Positions 8,845-17,155 of a DNA stretch of 53,917 nt are shown here, in pieces (the stretch's first letter is position 1; every line of letters starts with the position of its first letter). The stretch comes from Polyangiales bacterium. Lineage in GTDB: Bacteria > Myxococcota_A > Polyangia > Polyangiales > Houyiibacteriaceae. Below the pieces are notes generated by a model. The model saw nothing but the letters and a program-made list of their open reading frames with translations. It was not told the origin of the DNA and made no database searches. The position numbers were made by a program, and so were the translations under genes. The stretch spans positions 1-53,917 of the forward strand of contig JBLHKB010000001.1 of assembly GCA_047619315.1 (NCBI GenBank). The letters run 5' to 3'.

Positions 8845-9657
8845 TCAGCGCTTCTCCGCGACGATCGCAATCACCGGAGGTGTCAGCATGAAGGCCCCCG
8901 GCGTCTCCCCACGCTCCGCGAGAGCCGCCTGAAACGCCGCGGCATCTCCCGTCGAAAGCAGCCCCTTCGCCACGAGGACGTCGACGTGGCCCTCAAAGAA
9001 TGAGCACGGCCACTCCCAAACCGCCGTTCCCGGCCGCGCGCAATGGACGATGGGTTTCAGTGAGGTGATCGTGAGCCCCTCCGCCTCGAAGAGCGCTGGC
9101 AGCTTGCCACCTATGTCGAGGTCGCCGCCGGCATCACCCCAGCTGCGGGCCACCGCCTCGATGACCCGCGGCATCACCTCGACGGGCGGCGCGAGGGCGA
9201 ACGTGTGGTACTGAAAGTAGTCCAGCACCGCGACGCGAGCTCCTGGCTTCAACGCCCGTGCGATCTTTCGAACCAACGCTTCGGGGTTGCTTAGGAAGCA
9301 AAACAACCAGCGCGCGAACGCTCCGTCCATCGTGCTCTCCCCGAGATCGAGCGCGTCGACGCTGGCATGCGTCGCGTCGATGTTGTGCACACCCAGCGCA
9401 TTCGCGGCCGCCCTAAGGCTGGTGATGGACTTCTGAGACGCATCGACGGCGAGGACGCGGCCCTTCTCACGAACGCGCCGAGCCAAGGGTAGAGACGCAA
9501 AGCCAGGGCCGCACCCGAGGTCGACGATCGTGTCGCCGGCGCTAAAACCTGCGTCATCCCAAAGTGCGGCTGTGGTCGCGGACCAGACCTCGTGCTGAAA
9601 TCCTAAGCGGCTCAGCTCCACGTCGTCTTCGCCCAGGAGGTACTCTTCGTCTGCCAT
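8845..9657 (-). CDS. class I SAM-dependent methyltransferase
   Basis: Motif I is IVDLGCGPGF, with an acidic post-I residue (VLAVDAS). Length of 270 aa. Confidence 0.85.
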   Translation of the reverse strand: MADEEYLLGEDDVELSRLGFQHEVWSATTAALWDDAGFSAGDTIVDLGCGPGFASLPLARRVREKGRVLAVDASQKSITSLRAAANALGVHNIDATHASVDALDLGESTMDGAFARWLFCFLSNPEALVRKIARALKPGARVAVLDYFQYHTFALAPPVEVMPRVIEAVARSWGDAGGDLDIGGKLPALFEAEGLTITSLKPIVHCARPGTAVWEWPCSFFEGHVDVLVAKGLLSTGDAAAFQAALAERGETPGAFMLTPPVIAIVAEKR

Positions 9658-9825
9658 CGGCGGATGCTACGGCTTGTTCAGGGCTCGAATCCAGAGCCGC
9701 CGCTCAAAGATTCCGTTCACGGCGACAAAACTACCCAGATATTTCGAGGGCGAACGACGAGGGTCTGGGTAGATCTCACGAGAGAGGCCCTTTCCTGGTT
9801 CTGAAACGCGCACTAGGTTGAGGTC

Positions 9826-10407
9826 ATGAGCGAAGTCGTCACAGTCCACAGCGCCAGCAGTTCCGTCGAAGCCGAAGCCCTCCGTGGGTGGCTCGTCGAG
9901 CAGGGGATCGAGTGCCGCATCGACGATCCGCGCGACTCCGCATACCCCGGCATCCTCGACCGCGGCGGCCGCTGGAGACTTCTTGTCGCGGCGGGTAACG
10001 AAGACGCCGCGCGCGAGGCCATCGTGGCCTGGAATGCGGCGGAGATCGCCGGCGGCGACGGCCCCTATCGAGGAGACGCGGAGCCAGAAGAGCCCATGAC
10101 CGGCCCGACCCCTTCGCAGCTGGCGCGACGGAGCATCGGAAAGCGTTTTGTCTTCGGAGCGGTCCTCGTGGGTTCGCTCTGTGCGAACTTCTACCTGTCG
10201 CTGACCAATTTCGCGCTGGACCGCGACTACGTGGAAGAACGTCGCAGCCGTGAAGCCGTCGAGAGGAGCTACGACAGGCTCTCCACCGAATCGAGCCAAA
10301 ACACCGCAGCGGTTCAGTCCAGGCTCGAGTTCGCCGTCGAGGCTGAGCGCATACGGCTCGACCGTTGCCGAGTCGAACTTTCACGAGCGACGGGCACCCC
10401 ACTCTGA
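9826..10407 (+). CDS. DUF2007-like (putative signal-transducing) N-terminal domain protein with one TM
   Basis: N-terminus VTVHSASSSVEAEALRGWLVEQGIECRIDD...LLVAAGNEDAAREAI resembles the small beta-alpha-beta DUF2007 fold. TM segment FVFGAVLVGSLCANFYLSL. Preferred over the antisense ORF 9667..10299. Confidence 0.6.
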   Translation: MSEVVTVHSASSSVEAEALRGWLVEQGIECRIDDPRDSAYPGILDRGGRWRLLVAAGNEDAAREAIVAWNAAEIAGGDGPYRGDAEPEEPMTGPTPSQLARRSIGKRFVFGAVLVGSLCANFYLSLTNFALDRDYVEERRSREAVERSYDRLSTESSQNTAAVQSRLEFAVEAERIRLDRCRVELSRATGTPL

Positions 10408-10434
10408 AGAGAGCTCATCGCCTGCGTGTTGCGC

Positions 10435-11667
10435 CTACGCGTAATCGTTCTCGAGCGTCACGCTGCCTAAGTCCACGCTGTTCATCAGCGCAGAGAACGC
10501 CAAGAACGCGGCGAGGGATGGCAGGCGCGTCGCCCAGCGTGGCAGGTAACGCGGTGACGAGACCGTGGTCTCCATCTCCCCTTGGAACGCGATGACATCC
10601 CCGAGGGTCAAGCGTCCGACGAAGAGCGTACCGATGAGCTCCGGTCGCCCTTCACTGATCGCTTTTCGCAAGAACGTATGCACGGCGAAGAGGCCCCGAA
10701 GGTAGACGACGTCCTTGGTGAACGGCGAGCCCCCTGCGGGATCGGCGCCGCGAAAGATCCGCATCGCTGAAAACACGGCTTCTCGTTCAGATTCGCCCAC
10801 GTCGAGGAGATAGCGAAAGAGCTCAACAAAGTCTGCGCCCTCTTCCACCAGCGCGATGGCACGAACTCGCAACGAGATTCGCCGAAGACGCGCTAGGTCG
10901 ATGGAACCCGTCACAAGTTCGGCAAACGTGGCCAACCCTTCTTGAGTCGCCGTCGTCCGAGGCGCGCCGAGGCCGAGAGCAGGGACGATCGGCTGCGCGG
11001 CGCCGTTGCGCGCGGTTAGGCTGTGAACACCCACTTCGTGCGCAGAGAGTTGGGCAGCGTCATCGACGGTAAAACACGTCCCCGCGCGAAGACGGACTCG
11101 CTTGGAGGACGCCGCGGCCTTGGCGCTCAAGTTCTCATCCACGACGAAACGCATGGGCGTCTCGAAGAAGCCTCGCCACTCCTTCTTCATGTCCGCCGCC
11201 ACCGTCTCAGCCTTCACGCAGTAGTCCGGCGGCTGCCGCAAATGCGACATCTCGTCCGTCGCCAACAAGATCCGATCCGCGGCCTCCCGATGGGTCAGCG
11301 AAGAACCATGAAGAGTCCCGCTGGAACATCCATAGAGCTCGCGACTGAGCTCGAAGAAGCGGCGCGTCCCCGTGTGCGCGAGCAGCTGCACCGCAGTTCC
11401 GTAGCTCTCCGCCGTGTCCGCCAAGTAGCGCCCTACCGGGTCCTGACGGTCGCACTTCGCGGCAATGGACGAAAACTCCGCCTCCAGCTTTGACGCTCGC
11501 TTTATGTTGCCAATGGGCGTCGGCACCACGGGGTTTCCCCGGCGCCACCCCTCAAGGAAGTCGTCCGCCACAGCCAGCGGCCAGCTGATGGCGCCCAGCA
11601 CCCTCACTTTTCGCGCGGGGGCAGCCACAGAGCGCGAGAGTTCCAAGAGCTTCTCGTGTCGATTCAC
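10435..11667 (-). CDS. DUF1704 / QEGLA-motif metalloprotease-like protein (family annotated as flavohemoglobin expression-modulating QEGLA motif protein)
   Basis: Contains HEVGVH (HExxH) and, about 30 aa later, the eponymous TQEGLATFAE motif. 410 aa, typical for the family. Confidence 0.85.
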   Translation of the reverse strand: MNRHEKLLELSRSVAAPARKVRVLGAISWPLAVADDFLEGWRRGNPVVPTPIGNIKRASKLEAEFSSIAAKCDRQDPVGRYLADTAESYGTAVQLLAHTGTRRFFELSRELYGCSSGTLHGSSLTHREAADRILLATDEMSHLRQPPDYCVKAETVAADMKKEWRGFFETPMRFVVDENLSAKAAASSKRVRLRAGTCFTVDDAAQLSAHEVGVHSLTARNGAAQPIVPALGLGAPRTTATQEGLATFAELVTGSIDLARLRRISLRVRAIALVEEGADFVELFRYLLDVGESEREAVFSAMRIFRGADPAGGSPFTKDVVYLRGLFAVHTFLRKAISEGRPELIGTLFVGRLTLGDVIAFQGEMETTVSSPRYLPRWATRLPSLAAFLAFSALMNSVDLGSVTLENDYA

Positions 11668-11766
11668 GGACCCCGGTGTGCCTCACGTCGCGAGCGAAGG
11701 CAACATTTGGTCACCTTGAAGCCCTCGGAAACGTCCCATGCTCTCATCGACGTGACAGCGACGAAC

Positions 11767-13068
11767 TCAGCTGTTGAAGATACCGCCGACGGCCACGCCT
11801 GAGAGCACTTCACGATCGAAGACCTCCCGCGCGACACCGGCGGCACACGCGATAGTCTTCCCCATCGACGCCAAGCTGTTGTCGTAGGTGACATCGCCGC
11901 TCTCCGTGACGGTTCCGTTTGTCGAGTCGAACGCGAGGGCCGCGCCGTCGTCTCGGCGACCGGCTTCGACGCCGCCGTAGACCCCGCCCTTGGTGTCCGG
12001 GCTGATGACGAGGGAGACCGAGTGCGCGGGGTTGTGGCTTCGGCCATTCGCTACCTGTCGCATGGTGCGCCCAAACACGTTGAGCGTGGCAAACGTCATC
12101 TGGTCGGCGACGCCCGCAGCCTCCGCTTCGGCAAAGAGCATCGCGATGGCGGCGATGCCTTCCGTGTGCTCGAGGACCTCGTCCTCGAAGTCCGGGTCCG
12201 TGTGGTTGTCACCGCTGAACGGGAAGTTGACGCCCATCACCGGCGCGACGCGCAGCTGGATGAGCGCGACGGCGGCCTTGGCCTGAGAGGCCGCGCTGTC
12301 ATCCTGGATGTCTGCCAAAAGCTCACCCGCGGATTCACCCAGCATCGCCGCCTCTGTGCGCGCCTGAGCCATATTGTCCAGGAAGCGCAGCTGCTCTCGG
12401 TTTCCACTGTCGCGTAGGGCCGCGTAAATACGGTCGAGGTTCCGGTTTCGGATCTCCGCAAAGCGAGCGAGCGGCGCGCCTTCGTCCTCCACAAGGAGCG
12501 CCTTGAGCGCGGTGGGCTTGAGCTTCGGAAGCGGCGCACCGTCGACGACGAAGGTGTCTGAATTTCCAAGTGGGAGAGGGTTTGACTGAACCGTGTCGAG
12601 GACGGTCGAATTCTCCCGCGCGATGAGCTCCGGGATACTGATGCCACCCTGGGTCTCGCCCTGAAGCCGGAGCACCTTGGGCAGATCCGGATGCACGATG
12701 GTTCGCGTCGCGTGATGCACGAAGGCCGCGCGAGCGCGCAACGCCAGGGGCAGCCCTTCCCAAATGCGAGCTCCCTGCGCTGTGTTCTCGCCAAGCCGAA
12801 GTGCTACCGGGGCAAACTCCGCGCCGCCGGGATGCACCTGAAAGTCTTGCCCATAGCTGCCGGGCGCGTTGCAGTTAAACGAGTCTCCCCGGGAGTTCGC
12901 CATCAGCACCAAGAAGCGAGCCGCGCCTGGGTCCGCCTTCGCCCGCCCAGTCCGCAAAAAGGACACTGGCAAACCCGTCGCCGCAGCCACCAATCCGACG
13001 CCGCCGGCGCCGAAGAGGGTCTTCATCATGTTTCGTCGTGTGAATTTCTTCGTCATGGCTCGGCTCAC
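11767..13068 (-). CDS. Tat-signal protein, DUF1552-like partner of the upstream DUF1588-type protein
   Basis: Twin-arginine signal FTRRNMMKTLFGAGGVGLVAAATGLP. The GTG at 13068 overlaps the upstream stop (GTGA). An alternative ATG is at 13056. Size and pairing match the DUF1552 / DUF1592-DUF1588 gene pairs. Confidence 0.75.
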   Translation of the reverse strand: MSRAMTKKFTRRNMMKTLFGAGGVGLVAAATGLPVSFLRTGRAKADPGAARFLVLMANSRGDSFNCNAPGSYGQDFQVHPGGAEFAPVALRLGENTAQGARIWEGLPLALRARAAFVHHATRTIVHPDLPKVLRLQGETQGGISIPELIARENSTVLDTVQSNPLPLGNSDTFVVDGAPLPKLKPTALKALLVEDEGAPLARFAEIRNRNLDRIYAALRDSGNREQLRFLDNMAQARTEAAMLGESAGELLADIQDDSAASQAKAAVALIQLRVAPVMGVNFPFSGDNHTDPDFEDEVLEHTEGIAAIAMLFAEAEAAGVADQMTFATLNVFGRTMRQVANGRSHNPAHSVSLVISPDTKGGVYGGVEAGRRDDGAALAFDSTNGTVTESGDVTYDNSLASMGKTIACAAGVAREVFDREVLSGVAVGGIFNS

Positions 13069-15128
13069 AGTGCTCGGGAAACGGCGGTGGGGGATTCACA
13101 GGCGAGGACAAATGCATCTTGTCGGGCGCGCGTGGCGCTTCCCCCCTCGGCCTCCATGACCTCTTCGTAGTGCTCATCGAGAATCGTCGTTAGCGACCCG
13201 CTCCTTGGGTCACTTGGTGTGATGCCCATGACCTGGTGCACCAAGAAAGAGATGAGCTCCGGGCGCTCGGTGGGCATGGTGGTGGTCCCAAGCGCACGCT
13301 CGCCAATGGCCTGGCAGCCGCGCTCCGTGGCGGCTGAGAAGAAGAGCGCCGGCCGGTTGGAAAGCGTCGGGCTTCGGTCACCACGGGGGAATACCCAGTC
13401 CGGCGCAGCGGCGACGATGTTGACGACGCGAGCATGGTCGCAGACGGCTACGCCAAGAGAGAGCGTCAGCCGAAGGCACATATCGCTACGCGCCGCGGTA
13501 CCAACGCCGGCGCTGCCTGCGAGGTCCCAGGTGGCCGAGCGCTCCTGGAACACGACGGCGTTGGACACCAACACCTCGCGCAGGAGAACTCGGAAGTCGT
13601 AGCCTTCGGCGACGAAGGCCGTGGATGCGGCCATGAGCTCCGCGTCGTCCGTCGCACAATCAAAGCCGTTGGCGAGTCGGCAGACCTTCTGCGTCCACGC
13701 GCTCGCGAGATCCGGGTGGTCGAAGAGGATGTTCGCGAAGCGCTCTACGCCCACGCCTTCCACAGCACTTGGAAGACCGACACCGAACGCCGCCGTCTCC
13801 GGCACGGGCTCGTTGTCGGCGCCAGCGATGCGCTCGGAGCCAAAGGCCGTGTAGGACTGCCGGAAGAAGTCGCGCATCGGGTCGAGACCACGATGGCAGC
13901 CCCAGCACGCGGTGGTGGGGTCTGCGTGTTCCTCATCAGGCTCGGAGCTGTCCGCGATGGATGAGATCGAGTCCGGGTTGAAGTTCTTTCCGAGGGCGAC
14001 GACGATGGCCTGATTCGCCGTGACGCGGTGCTCGTTGCCGTCGTTGGTCAGCCAGAACCCCTGGAACCCGATGTCGCCGTGGAACCCATAGTGTTCGGTT
14101 CCGAGCCGCAACGTGTCCGTCGCGCGAAGCTCGTCCATGTCGAAGAAGAGTGTTCGCTCGTCAACATTGGACGTGGGCACGATACGCACCGGGCGCATCT
14201 CAAAGTCCTCGGCCGTGAAGTGATTGAGCTCGATGATGCACTGAGCGATGGGGCGCCCGAAGAGCATGCCGAGAATGACCTCGGGCACGTCGTTGCGGTT
14301 TGTATAGCCGGCGGCCAGACGCTCCACGCACGCCATCTGAGTCGCGTTATTTCCAGTCCAGGCGCGCGTGTAGCTGAACTGCATAAAGTTGGCGTGGCCT
14401 GGGTCCAGCGACTGCGCCAAAGGAATGCCGGTGTCCTCGGTGAAGGCAGGATGAAGGCCTGGGAAGCGCGTCCGGATATATGACTCGTCGCGAACGCCAT
14501 GGTCGTCGCGCGGGTTCGCATCGGCGTACGCCAGCAGCATCATCATCGGCACGTTCAACATGTACGTGTCCGTGTTCATCGTCTCGCGGAAGTCACCGCC
14601 GCTGGACACGATGTTCCAGACCGTCTCCGGCCACGCTTGAAGAATCGACTCCGAGATCCGAGCGCCACGCCGGTCGAAATCGCGAAACGGATTTCCTCCA
14701 CGACGCACGCCGGCGTAGTCCTTAAGGAGCAGCGTATCGACGTTCGTTTGAAAGAGCAGCTGCATCATCGACTTGAGCTGGCCTTCAAACTCCGGCGTCG
14801 TCATCCAGCCATCGATCATGCCGCGCAGAGCATCCTCCGTGGCGTCGGCGTCGGCGGCGCCGTCGTACATCGCAAACTCTTCATCCGTCGGCGCGAGTCC
14901 CGTCAGGATGTATTTGACCTTGCTGAGCGCGGACGCCGTCGGGAGCGGGTCGAAGGGGATCGGTGCCGCAGAGTCAAAAGGAGGCGGCGGTGGTCCGCCG
15001 TCGAACCCGGGTCCACCATCAAAATTGGGGCCCCCGTCAAACTCCGGCCCGACGTCGAATTCGGGGTCCGAGATGGTGCCATCACAGGCGAGAATACCCA
15101 CAAGAGTGAGGAAAAACAGACCGCGCAT
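13065..15128 (-). CDS. lipoprotein of the DUF1585/1587/1588/1592/1595 (PSD/PSCyt3) type with a CxxCH motif
   Basis: Lipobox MRGLFFLTLVGILAC, then a Pro/Gly/Asp linker. A heme-c-like motif ACWGCHRGLDPMRDFF is characteristic of the DUF1588/PSCyt3 region. Confidence 0.8.
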   Translation of the reverse strand: MRGLFFLTLVGILACDGTISDPEFDVGPEFDGGPNFDGGPGFDGGPPPPPFDSAAPIPFDPLPTASALSKVKYILTGLAPTDEEFAMYDGAADADATEDALRGMIDGWMTTPEFEGQLKSMMQLLFQTNVDTLLLKDYAGVRRGGNPFRDFDRRGARISESILQAWPETVWNIVSSGGDFRETMNTDTYMLNVPMMMLLAYADANPRDDHGVRDESYIRTRFPGLHPAFTEDTGIPLAQSLDPGHANFMQFSYTRAWTGNNATQMACVERLAAGYTNRNDVPEVILGMLFGRPIAQCIIELNHFTAEDFEMRPVRIVPTSNVDERTLFFDMDELRATDTLRLGTEHYGFHGDIGFQGFWLTNDGNEHRVTANQAIVVALGKNFNPDSISSIADSSEPDEEHADPTTACWGCHRGLDPMRDFFRQSYTAFGSERIAGADNEPVPETAAFGVGLPSAVEGVGVERFANILFDHPDLASAWTQKVCRLANGFDCATDDAELMAASTAFVAEGYDFRVLLREVLVSNAVVFQERSATWDLAGSAGVGTAARSDMCLRLTLSLGVAVCDHARVVNIVAAAPDWVFPRGDRSPTLSNRPALFFSAATERGCQAIGERALGTTTMPTERPELISFLVHQVMGITPSDPRSGSLTTILDEHYEEVMEAEGGSATRARQDAFVLACESPTAVSRAL

Positions 15129-15209
15129 ACGCTGAGTTTACCACGAAGTTCTGCGTCGCTCCATAGGCCTCAGTATCGGACCCTTCGCTTCTGCGTTACT
15201 CTGGGAGCC

Positions 15210-16178
15210 ATGCGGCAGACGACTCTTCTCTTACTCATGTTCTCCCTCGCTTATGCCTGTGGTGATGACGACGCCGGGAATGACGCGGCCACGGATGCCG
15301 CGACGAACGATTCGTCCGTGGAAGCAGACGCCGGAAGGGACAGCGGTCCCGAAGATGACGCGGCGGTTCAAAGCGACTCCGGCCCACAGCGCGACGCTGG
15401 ACCCGATGATGTCGGCGTCGATGCGCCTCCTCCCGGCAGCGCAGGCTGCACAAGCGGTGCCGGGCTCAGCGAGGGCGAACACACCTTCATGATGGATGGC
15501 TACGAGCGCCGCTACATCGTGCGTCTTCCCGACGGATATAGCGCCGACCAAACATGGCCTCTGATCTTCGCGCTGCACGGCAACGGCGGAACCCCGGACT
15601 ACTGGGATAACGAGAGCGGCGACCGAGACATCCGCGGCGCCTTCGCAGACGAAGCGATCTTGATCTTGGGCCACGCCATCGACAACCAGTGGCGAAACTA
15701 CGACGACCGCGACAACTGGGAGCGGAACATCAGCTTCGAGCTCCGCTACTTTGACGCCATCGTCGAAGAGGCCACAAGCGAGCTCTGCATCGACGAAGAG
15801 AATATCTTCTCCATGGGCTTTAGCGGAGGCGGCTCCTTCTCTGGGCTCCTCGGATGCCGACGCGAGTACATTCGCGCCATCTCCGTGGGCGGCAGCGTGA
15901 TCTACTTCGACACCGACGACGCCTGCGTGAACACCCCCGCCGCATGGATCACCATCGGTCAGGGCGAGCAGGCGGACGGCCGCTCAACCTACCGCGAGTT
16001 CTTCCGCGACCTCGCCGGCTGCGACGAAGCCGACGCGCCCGATGAAGGGTGTGTTGAGTATTCGAGCTGTGCCGAAGACGACCCCGTCATCTACTGCACC
16101 CATCCAGCAGGCCATCGGTGGCCCGACATCGCCACGGACGCCACGCGCGACTTCTTCCGCCAGTTCTACGTGGATTGA
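15210..16178 (+). CDS. secreted lipoprotein esterase (PHB-depolymerase / LpqC-like alpha/beta hydrolase)
   Basis: Start trimmed to the ATG at 15210 (MRQTTLLLLMFSLAYAC). RRYIVRLPDGY...WPLIFALHGNGG block, then the nucleophile elbow GFSGGG (GxSxG). Confidence 0.8.
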   Translation: MRQTTLLLLMFSLAYACGDDDAGNDAATDAATNDSSVEADAGRDSGPEDDAAVQSDSGPQRDAGPDDVGVDAPPPGSAGCTSGAGLSEGEHTFMMDGYERRYIVRLPDGYSADQTWPLIFALHGNGGTPDYWDNESGDRDIRGAFADEAILILGHAIDNQWRNYDDRDNWERNISFELRYFDAIVEEATSELCIDEENIFSMGFSGGGSFSGLLGCRREYIRAISVGGSVIYFDTDDACVNTPAAWITIGQGEQADGRSTYREFFRDLAGCDEADAPDEGCVEYSSCAEDDPVIYCTHPAGHRWPDIATDATRDFFRQFYVD

Positions 16179-16196
16179 AAACCGCCCGCGGCCTGC

Positions 16197-17024
16197 TCAG
16201 CTCGCTTCACCCGCTTCGAGCCACTTCTTTAGGTTCTTGGTGAGGAGCTCTTCCCAGCCCTCGCGATACCTCCCTTCGCTGTCGGCGTCCCGCGTCCCAT
16301 GACAGTAATGGTTGAGCGTGAGCTTTGTGCCCGCGTCGCATTCTTCGAGCTCGAAGCTGTACTTGCTCACCCCCGGACCGCGGAGACCCATGCTTCCCTC
16401 GAGAGTCATCTTCTGACCTTTGCGGAGATGGGTGACCGTTCCATAAAGTTCGCCTTCACCGTCGCCCCAGCGTTCGATAAAGAGCCCGCCCACGCGGCCA
16501 TCGAGGGAGATGTCTGAGTCGTCCGGCCCGACGTGAAAGCCCCACCACTTCGCGATGTCGCCGGTGATGGCACCCCAGACCTTTTCCGTCGGCGCGGCGT
16601 ACGTGATCTCTTGAACAATATGAAAACTGAGGTTGGTGTCGTCGCTCATGGTCTGGCCTTCGTGTTGGGTTTCTGGTTTCGAATCGAGTGCTGTTCTGGA
16701 TGTGAGAACTTGCTCAAGGTCGAGGAGTCGTGATGCATCAGCTTCGGCGAAGCCGCGCACAAAGCGCCGAACGAGTCGCTGAAGCGGCACCGCGTTCAGG
16801 TGGTTGAAGCGCCGGCGCCCTTCTCGCTTCACCAAGAGGAGACCCGCCGCCTCAAGGACATCGAGGTGCTTCATCACGCCGTAGCGAGTCATCGCAAAGC
16901 GATCACACAAGCCGCCCGTCGTGACGGGGCCTTCCCGAAGTAGCTCGAGCAGCTGACGACGAGTTGGGTCACCGAGGGCTTTCCAGACTCGAGTTTCTTC
17001 GGTGTTTTCTGCGTTGCGCCGCAT
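16197..17024 (-). CDS. ArsR/SmtB-family HTH regulator fused to an SRPBCC (AHSA1/START-like) domain
   Basis: N-terminus ALGDPTRRQLLELLREGPVTTGGLCDRFAMTRYGVMKHLDVLEAAGLL (ArsR wHTH). The C-terminal half, SFHIVQEITYAAPTEKVWGAIT...WW, is typical of the Aha1/SRPBCC fold. Confidence 0.85.
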   Translation of the reverse strand: MRRNAENTEETRVWKALGDPTRRQLLELLREGPVTTGGLCDRFAMTRYGVMKHLDVLEAAGLLLVKREGRRRFNHLNAVPLQRLVRRFVRGFAEADASRLLDLEQVLTSRTALDSKPETQHEGQTMSDDTNLSFHIVQEITYAAPTEKVWGAITGDIAKWWGFHVGPDDSDISLDGRVGGLFIERWGDGEGELYGTVTHLRKGQKMTLEGSMGLRGPGVSKYSFELEECDAGTKLTLNHYCHGTRDADSEGRYREGWEELLTKNLKKWLEAGEAS

Positions 17025-17046
17025 ATGTGATCATTTAGTCACATAT
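17023..17046. promoter_or_regulatory. candidate operator: perfect 8-N8-8 inverted repeat overlapping the ArsR-SRPBCC start codon
   Basis: ATATGTGA-tcatttag-TCACATAT. The ATG of gene 16197..17024 lies inside the left arm. It sits in a locally AT-rich patch. Confidence 0.4.
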
Positions 17047-17085
17047 TCGATTCGAGCGCAAGTCATCAGGCTCGTTAACGAAACG

Positions 17086-17111
17086 AGGCCCCGTTCGTTG
17101 GAACGGGGCCT
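17086..17111 (-). terminator. stem-loop terminator candidate downstream of gene 17156..18541
   Basis: AGGCCCCGTTC-gttg-GAACGGGGCCT is a perfect 11-bp GC-rich stem with a 4-nt loop, 45 nt after the stop. It is followed on the minus strand by CGTTTCGTT, a weak U-tract. Confidence 0.55.
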
Positions 17112-17155
17112 GCCTGCGAAGTCGCTTATGAGTCAGCCGCGGCTGCTCGAGCTAG

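Noticed and set aside
9682-9698. tRNA T-arm-like hairpin GGCTC-gaatcca-GAGCC
   Set aside because: The loop is not a T-loop (no TTCRA). No acceptor, D or anticodon arm can be built around it. It is neither a tRNA nor a convincing tRNA remnant.
9667-10299. 210-aa minus-strand ORF overlapping the DUF2007-like gene
   Set aside because: This is a shadow ORF. The plus-strand frame has a recognisable domain pattern, a TM helix and a sensible start. The minus frame is Arg/Gly-rich with no motifs.
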